A DNA stretch of 32,000 nucleotides, from contig NC_006512.1 in the NCBI RefSeq assembly GCF_000008465.1, positions 1,110,001-1,142,000 of the forward strand, in the 5' to 3' direction. The position numbers were made by a program, and so were the translations under genes. This stretch comes from Idiomarina loihiensis L2TR (GTDB taxonomy: Bacteria; Pseudomonadota; Gammaproteobacteria; Enterobacterales; Alteromonadaceae). Position 1 is the stretch's first letter; each line of letters starts with the position of its first letter. The notes under the pieces were generated by a model. It was not told the DNA's origin and did not search any database. It saw only the letters and a program-made list of their open reading frames with translations. Below, piece by piece: positions 26,485-32,000 of the stretch.

Positions 26485-28276
26485 TTTCTTCAGGCTCCGC
26501 TGAAATCATGGCTATTACCGTCCAACCCGGCTGCGGTATCAATTCCCTTTCGGTGGTAAAGATATGGAGTTTTTCGGCATCGTCCAATGCAAACATCGGC
26601 AAGGCACGAGTTCCATACTTCTGCTGATAGTCTGCAAAACTAAAACTGTCGGTAATAGGTGTCGACTTAATTTTAGCGCCTTTAAAATGCAGGCTGGCAA
26701 GTTTTGAATAAGTTACGCTGTCGCCAAACAAGTTTAATGTTTTGCGGTAGTTTTCAGTCAACTGGTGGCTGGCCCGGTAGTCCTGCTCACCACCGTTCAG
26801 GCCATGCACTTTTCTGGAACCAAACCAGTCCTGATAATACATCGACACTAAGGGGTTCAGCTGTTTGTAAGGTGACATAACTAACAGTTGACCAAGGCCA
26901 GTTAGGTCAATGTTGTTAGCGGCGTGCTCAGATGCCGGATTACCAAAATACACCGGTAAATTATCCATCCGCGCTAACTTGATGTTTTCCCAGTTAGTAT
27001 CAGCCAGACGAACGGGGATGCCGCTTTCCTGTATGCTTTTTGCAACGGCCCGCGCCATTTGGTTAGCACCGAAAATTAAGAAGCCTTTGGCTTGTGGTTC
27101 CAGCAGCCCAAGCATTCTGGCTAATGGTTTCGCGGTTAAACTCTGCAATACAACGGTGGTCATTATCACCAGAAAAACCAGTGGAACAACCGCCGCGGCT
27201 TCGGTCCAGCCAGATTCTTCCATTTTTAACGCAAATAATGCAGAAACTGCCGCCGCAACAATACCGCGGGGCGCTATCCAGGATAATAAAACCTTATCTT
27301 TAAATCTTAATTCTGTTCCTATCGCAGACAACCACACAGCCAAAGGGCGCACGGCAAACAAAATAATGGCAATTAGAATAACCGCGGGTATCCCCAGCGC
27401 ATCAAACTCTGCAAAATCCAGCCGCGCTGCCAAAATAATGAAAAGCGCAGAAATAAGAAGCACACTGAGGGTTTCTTTAAACTCCAGTATTTCTTCCATA
27501 TTGAGATTACGGGTATTAGCCATAACCATGCCCATGACCGTAACGGTCAATAAGCCAGACTCATGCTGAATAGCATTAGATAGCGCGAAAACACCCAGCA
27601 CTATGGTTAAGGTAGCAACGTTCTGTAAGTAATGCGGAAACCAGCCTCGCCCCAGAGCCAGGCCAAGCAAACGCGCTGCGCCCCAACCCAGAGCAAAGCC
27701 CAAAGCGATAGTGGTTGCAAAGGCCTGCAAAGCATGCAGGAAAGCAACATCCTGGCTGGCAATAATAAACTCGTATACCAGTACCGCGAGCAAGGCACCC
27801 AGCGGATCAATAATAATGCCTTCCCAGCGCAAAATATTCGCTAACTTATTAATCGGCCGGATAGACCGTATCATGGGCTGGATAACGGTCGGCCCTGTGA
27901 CCACAACAAGGGCTCCGAACAAGGCTGAAATTTCCCAGCCATAGCCCATAATAAAATGCGTTAGTATGGCGATAACAACAAAGGTTACCAGCATGCCGAT
28001 GCTAACCAGGTTGGTTACCATGCGACCATGACCACGAATTTCTTCAAATTTCAGGGTCAGGCTGCCTTCAAATAAAATAACCGCCACCGCTAATGAGACA
28101 AAAGGAAAGAGTAAATCCTCAAATAGCGAGTCTGGTTCAAGTAACCCCAGAGTGGGCCCTAGCAGTAAGCCACAAATTAACAACGGCAGTATTGCCGGCA
28201 GCTTAATACGCCACGCCAACCACTGACAACTAATGGACAATACGCCAATCAGGGCAAGCATCGATAAGTCAGACAT
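26447..28276 (-). CDS. Cation:proton antiporter, CPA1/NhaP type, with a soluble C-terminal domain
   Basis: The roughly 400-aa polytopic Na+/H+-exchanger core carries LFEGSL, VVTGPTV and RWEGIIIDPLGA motifs and is followed by a roughly 200-aa soluble tail. I set the start at ATG 28276 (MSDLSMLALIG) with GGAG 8 nt upstream. The track start at 28339 adds 21 unlikely residues. Confidence 0.88.
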   Translation of the reverse strand: MSDLSMLALIGVLSISCQWLAWRIKLPAILPLLICGLLLGPTLGLLEPDSLFEDLLFPFVSLAVAVILFEGSLTLKFEEIRGHGRMVTNLVSIGMLVTFVVIAILTHFIMGYGWEISALFGALVVVTGPTVIQPMIRSIRPINKLANILRWEGIIIDPLGALLAVLVYEFIIASQDVAFLHALQAFATTIALGFALGWGAARLLGLALGRGWFPHYLQNVATLTIVLGVFALSNAIQHESGLLTVTVMGMVMANTRNLNMEEILEFKETLSVLLISALFIILAARLDFAEFDALGIPAVILIAIILFAVRPLAVWLSAIGTELRFKDKVLLSWIAPRGIVAAAVSALFALKMEESGWTEAAAVVPLVFLVIMTTVVLQSLTAKPLARMLGLLEPQAKGFLIFGANQMARAVAKSIQESGIPVRLADTNWENIKLARMDNLPVYFGNPASEHAANNIDLTGLGQLLVMSPYKQLNPLVSMYYQDWFGSRKVHGLNGGEQDYRASHQLTENYRKTLNLFGDSVTYSKLASLHFKGAKIKSTPITDSFSFADYQQKYGTRALPMFALDDAEKLHIFTTERELIPQPGWTVIAMISAEPEENDVEQDNAERKE

Positions 28277-28370
28277 AATTTCTCCGCTGAAAGTAAGTCG
28301 TTTTAGAATAGCAGAAGCTAACACTCTGACTACCCTCAAATAACGAATTTAGATGACTATTTTTTTAAAT

Positions 28371-28389
28371 GAGAATGGCTATCATTATT
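28371..28389. promoter_or_regulatory. Candidate Fur box in the divergent antiporter / fbpA promoter region
   Basis: gagaatggctatcattatt matches the 19-bp Fur consensus GATAATGATAATCATTATC at 14 of 19 positions. Read as hexamers: GAGAAT, GGCTAT, CATTAT. A TATAAT -10 box follows at 28402..28407, about 45 nt upstream of the fbpA ATG. Confidence 0.45.
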
Positions 28390-28450
28390 CGCTTTGTTTG
28401 ATATAATCATCGCGTTTCTCTCAAGATAGTTCGTTAAGGAGTCATCTGAA

Positions 28451-29476
28451 ATGCGTAAGTTTCATTCACTACTGGCAATATTTGCTGCGACTTCTGCGAC
28501 ACTGGTGTCCTTCACTAGCGCCGCCGCTGAAGTTAATATTTACTCAGCCCGCAAAGAAGCGCTGATTAAACCCGTGCTGGAAAAATTTACCGAAGAAACC
28601 GGCATCGAAGTTAATTTATTAACCGGTAAAGCGGACGCGCTACTTGCCCGACTTAACTCCGAAGGCAAAAATACCCCGGCAGATTTATTCTTAACCGTTG
28701 ACGCAGGAGCTTTGCACCGTGCTGTTCAAGCCGACGCGTTCCAGGCGGTAAGCTCTGACGAAATTAATTCAGCCGTTCCTTCTCATTTTCGCTCTACCGA
28801 CAACCTTTGGTTCGGATTAAGTTTACGCGCCCGCCCTATTTTTTACTCACCAGAGCGCGTTAACCCGGACGAACTGGAATCTTATTTAAGCCTGGCGGAT
28901 GATAAGTGGAGCGACCGTATCTGCATCCGCTCTTCCAATAATTTGTACAACCAGTCGTTAGTTGCTGCGCTAATTGAACACCACGGCGCAGAAAAAACGG
29001 AAGAATGGGCTGAGGACTTTGTCGCAAACTTTGCCCGTAAACCGGTTGGCGGTGACCGTGACCAAATTAAAGGCGTTGCCTTTGGTGTTTGCGATATCGC
29101 AGTTGCTAATACCTACTACTTTGGCCATATGCTGAACTCTGATGACGCAGAAGAAAGTGCAGCGGCCGAAAAAGTGAAGATATTCTGGCCAGCTCAGGAC
29201 AAACAAGGTGCCCATGTGAACGTTTCTGGTATAGGTATCACCAAACACGCTAAAAACGTTGACGAGGCTCAAAAGCTAATCGAGTTCCTGGTCTCTGAAG
29301 AGTCACAAAAATGGTATGCTCAGGCAAACTATGAATACCCGGTTCGCGAAGGCGTTGAGTGGAGTGAAACACTCCAGCAATGGGGTGACTTTAAGCAGGA
29401 TGACATTGAAATGGATATTCTGGGTGAAAATAACGGCGACGCCGTGCGCTTAATGAACCGTGCCGGCTGGCGTTAA
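28451..29476 (+). CDS. fbpA: Fe(3+) ABC transporter periplasmic substrate-binding protein (FbpA/AfuA type)
   Basis: A signal peptide is followed by VNIYSARKE.LI.P....F...TGI.V and D.F..VDAG-type ferric-binding-protein motifs. SD AAGGAG lies upstream, and the cognate permease and ATPase follow. Confidence 0.88.
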   Translation: MRKFHSLLAIFAATSATLVSFTSAAAEVNIYSARKEALIKPVLEKFTEETGIEVNLLTGKADALLARLNSEGKNTPADLFLTVDAGALHRAVQADAFQAVSSDEINSAVPSHFRSTDNLWFGLSLRARPIFYSPERVNPDELESYLSLADDKWSDRICIRSSNNLYNQSLVAALIEHHGAEKTEEWAEDFVANFARKPVGGDRDQIKGVAFGVCDIAVANTYYFGHMLNSDDAEESAAAEKVKIFWPAQDKQGAHVNVSGIGITKHAKNVDEAQKLIEFLVSEESQKWYAQANYEYPVREGVEWSETLQQWGDFKQDDIEMDILGENNGDAVRLMNRAGWR

Positions 29477-29498
29477 TTTGCTACCAGGAGATGCATAA

Positions 29499-31127
29499 AT
29501 GAACCGTGGCACGCTGTTGCTGTTTGCCGTCGCGGTCTTGATAGGGCTACCACTCATTGTGGTAGCTTTGTCGTTACTGAACCCTCAATGGGACACTCTG
29601 CAACATCTTTGGCAAACCGTGATACCGGAATACATCGGTCATTCAGTGATCTTATTATTCGCTGTCGGTACCGGTGTCACTTTGCTTGGGGTAAGTACTG
29701 CCTGGTGTATTAGTCAATACGACTTTCCTGGCTGGCGCTGGCTAAGCTGGGCGTTATTACTTCCATTAGCAATGCCCGCCTACATTACGGCCTATACCTA
29801 TACCGGCCTGCTCGACTATGCAGGCCCTGTGCAAGGCCTTCTCCGGGACATTTTCTCCGTCAATATAGGTGAGTACTGGTTTCCGCAAATACGCAGTCTG
29901 AACGGTGCTATTTTTGTTCTCTGCATTGTTCTTTACCCCTACGTTTACCTTATTACCCGCTCCGCTTTCATGCAGCAATCGACAACCGCGTTTGAAAGTG
30001 CGAAAACCCTGGGTGCCAGCTCATTAAGAAGTTTTTGGAGAGTTGCTCTGCCACTGGCGCGTCCGGCTATAGCAACCGGCGTCACTCTGGCGTTAATGGA
30101 AACTCTGGCCGATTACGGCACCATGGAATACTTCGGAGTCACGGTATTTACCACAGGTATTTTCCGCACCTGGTACGGTATTGGTGATGCGCAGGGAGCG
30201 CTGCAGCTATCGGCTTTACTGCTGGTATTTGTCATTATTTTGATAATGGTCGAGCGTTACTCAAGACGCCGGGCTCGTTTTTATCAGCAGCGTTCTGCAA
30301 CCCAACCTCCTCAACGCCGGCCATTAAGCGGCTGGCGGGCGGCGCTGGCTTCGCTGGTTTGCTGGCTACCCGTCGTGCTTGGTTTTATTATACCGGCAAC
30401 ACAACTCCTCTGGTGGTCGGTTCAGAAGTCTGAAATATGGCAGCAAAGCGAATTCTGGGTGCTAACCTTTAACACGCTTTGGTTGGGTTTATTAGCCGCA
30501 TTAATCACTGTCGCTCTGGCGTTATGGCTTGCTTATGGTCGCCGTAGCCACCCTACCCGTCCCTTGCGGGCCGCTATCAGCCTGGCGGGCATGGGCTACG
30601 CTATTCCCGGTATTGTTATAGCGGTTGGGTTGTTGTCACCTTTAGCCTGGCTTGATAATCAAATTATCGCTACTAGTGAATGGATATTTGACTTTAATCC
30701 CGGGCTATTATTTTCCGGTACCGTTATCGCGCTTTTATTTGCCTACAGCGTTCGGTTTTTATCCGTGTCATTGCAAACCGTTAACTCGGGGCTGGAACAA
30801 ATTACACCGCAAATGGACGATACAGCGCGAACTCTGGGCGCCAGCGGTAAACGTATTTTATGGCGGGTTCATTTGCCGTTGCTCCGCAGCCCGTTGCTGG
30901 CTGCGCTAATTTTAGTACTGGTTGATGTCATGAAAGAACTACCGGCCACGCTGGTGTTACGTCCGTTTGACTTTAACACCCTGGCGGTGCGCGCATTTGA
31001 AATGGCGTCAGATGAACGCTTAGCCGATGCCGGGCCACCCGCATTGATGATTGTCGCAGTCGGGTTAATTCCGGTTATTATGCTGTCCCGGGCCTTACGC
31101 AGCAAAACACTGAAAACAGGAGAGTAA
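29499..31127 (+). CDS. fbpB: Fe(3+) ABC transporter permease (fused double MalFG-type domain, FbpB type)
   Basis: 542 aa with two tandem permease modules, each carrying an EAA-like loop (ESAKTLGAS..R.F..V.LPL.RP and DDTARTLGASG.R.L..V.LPLL). SD AGGAG lies upstream. Confidence 0.9.
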   Translation: MNRGTLLLFAVAVLIGLPLIVVALSLLNPQWDTLQHLWQTVIPEYIGHSVILLFAVGTGVTLLGVSTAWCISQYDFPGWRWLSWALLLPLAMPAYITAYTYTGLLDYAGPVQGLLRDIFSVNIGEYWFPQIRSLNGAIFVLCIVLYPYVYLITRSAFMQQSTTAFESAKTLGASSLRSFWRVALPLARPAIATGVTLALMETLADYGTMEYFGVTVFTTGIFRTWYGIGDAQGALQLSALLLVFVIILIMVERYSRRRARFYQQRSATQPPQRRPLSGWRAALASLVCWLPVVLGFIIPATQLLWWSVQKSEIWQQSEFWVLTFNTLWLGLLAALITVALALWLAYGRRSHPTRPLRAAISLAGMGYAIPGIVIAVGLLSPLAWLDNQIIATSEWIFDFNPGLLFSGTVIALLFAYSVRFLSVSLQTVNSGLEQITPQMDDTARTLGASGKRILWRVHLPLLRSPLLAALILVLVDVMKELPATLVLRPFDFNTLAVRAFEMASDERLADAGPPALMIVAVGLIPVIMLSRALRSKTLKTGE

Positions 31128-32000
31128 ATGAGCACATTACTGAAGATTGACGCAGTCAGCATCCAGCTCTCCGGTGACCTCATCGTAGACAGACTGAGTT
31201 TGTCTCTGGAGCCAGGTGATATTGGCTGCCTGCTCGGCCCCAGCGGCTGTGGTAAAACCACTTTGCTGCGCGCTATAGCCGGTTTTATTCCGGTTTCCAG
31301 TGGACAGGTTGAGCTGCATGGAAAAACCGTCTCATCCGGCCGGGTGCAAATACCAACCGAGCAAAGACAAGTGGGTATGATGTTTCAGGACTTTTCATTG
31401 TTCCCGCACTTAACCGTGGCCGACAATATTCGTTTTGGCATTAATCGTTTACCTAAAAAACAGCAGGAAGAGCGAGTTAAAGAGCTACTCATCCGCATTG
31501 GTCTTAACGGTTATCAAAATCGCTACCCGCACGAGCTATCCGGAGGGCAACAACAACGTATTGCTCTGGCCCGTGCTCTGGCTCCGAAACCTAAACTGAT
31601 GCTGCTTGATGAGCCCTTCTCCAGTCTTGATGCCGAACTACGCGAAGTTCTGGCTCACGACGTAAGACGATTGCTAAAAGAAGAAGGTATTACCGCCTTG
31701 CTGGTTACTCATGATCAGCAGGAAGCCTTTGCCATGGCAGATAAATCGGGCGTCATGTATTCAGGTCAGCTACTGCAGTGGGAAACGCCTTATGCCCTTT
31801 ATCATCAACCAACGCATCAACTGGTCGCCGACTTTATTGGCCGCGGCGTTTTGCTCAATGGCGAAATAAGAGAACATCAATTACATTGTGCATTTGGAAT
31901 CATAGAGCACTCTCAGTTGCACAACAAACCCGACATGAGTGTTAACTTTTTAGTTCGCCCCGATGATGTATTAATTAATAACGATAGCAGTATGCAGGCC
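31128..32000 (+). CDS. fbpC: Fe(3+)/polyamine-type ABC transporter ATP-binding protein (FbpC type), 3'-truncated by the window edge
   Basis: This gene is not in the ORF track because no stop is reached. The ATG at 31128 directly follows the fbpB TAA. My translation gives Walker A GPSGCGKTT, Q-loop MMFQD, signature LSGGQQQR, Walker B LMLLDEPFS and H-loop VTHDQ. The frame stays open to base 32000. Confidence 0.9.
   Translation, partial: MSTLLKIDAVSIQLSGDLIVDRLSLSLEPGDIGCLLGPSGCGKTTLLRAIAGFIPVSSGQVELHGKTVSSGRVQIPTEQRQVGMMFQDFSLFPHLTVADNIRFGINRLPKKQQEERVKELLIRIGLNGYQNRYPHELSGGQQQRIALARALAPKPKLMLLDEPFSSLDAELREVLAHDVRRLLKEEGITALLVTHDQQEAFAMADKSGVMYSGQLLQWETPYALYHQPTHQLVADFIGRGVLLNGEIREHQLHCAFGIIEHSQLHNKPDMSVNFLVRPDDVLINNDSSMQA

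Noticed and set aside
26910-27569. 219-aa ORF on the + strand inside the antiporter gene
   Set aside because: It is antisense to a well-supported membrane-protein CDS. The translation is the Ser/Ala/Arg/Thr-rich low-complexity text typical of a shadow frame, and I see no SD or family motif.
1-32000. Search for mobile elements, CRISPR repeats, tRNA/rRNA genes, toxin-antitoxin or defence-system gene pairs
   Set aside because: I found no spaced direct repeats, transposase or integrase-like translations, cloverleaf-capable gaps or unexplained small-gene pairs. Every gap is about 200 bp or less, and every long ORF is accounted for by a housekeeping family.

Overview
This window is a dense stretch of core chromosome, about 95% coding by my gene calls. 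It comes from a marine-type gammaproteobacterium. The gene content (Na+-NQR, FabV, VolA-type lipase, PqiABC) fits Alteromonadales/Vibrionales-like lineages, but the exact taxon cannot be determined from the sequence alone.

I call 28 CDS, in order:
- a 5'-truncated M17 aminopeptidase
- yohC-like Yip1 membrane protein
- miaE
- a DAACS Na+/H+:dicarboxylate-amino acid symporter
- sohB
- a large VolA/Pla-1-type lipoprotein lipase
- yciK
- a secreted BNR/Ycf48-like beta-propeller
- a 705-aa cysteine desulfurase / MBL-like / rhodanese fusion
- the complete minus-strand Na+-NQR cluster nqrABCDEF-apbE-nqrM
- fabV
- bolA
- an unknown lipoprotein
- an orphan Wzi-family outer-membrane protein
- pqiABC, preceded by and overlapping an NhaP-type cation:proton antiporter
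- a Fur-box-preceded ferric-iron ABC importer (fbpA, fbpB, and fbpC truncated at the 3' window edge)

I saw no tRNA or rRNA genes, CRISPR arrays, transposases, integrases, phage genes, toxin-antitoxin pairs or other defence-island hallmarks. The largest non-coding gap is about 200 bp. I therefore do not see a clear multi-gene novel system.

The most unusual element is the three-domain desulfurase fusion. Its central MBL-like domain appears to have lost every canonical metal ligand and is very Cys-rich. It lies directly downstream of nqrM on the same strand. All functional calls rest on by-eye motif and family recognition from the translations; no database search was run.
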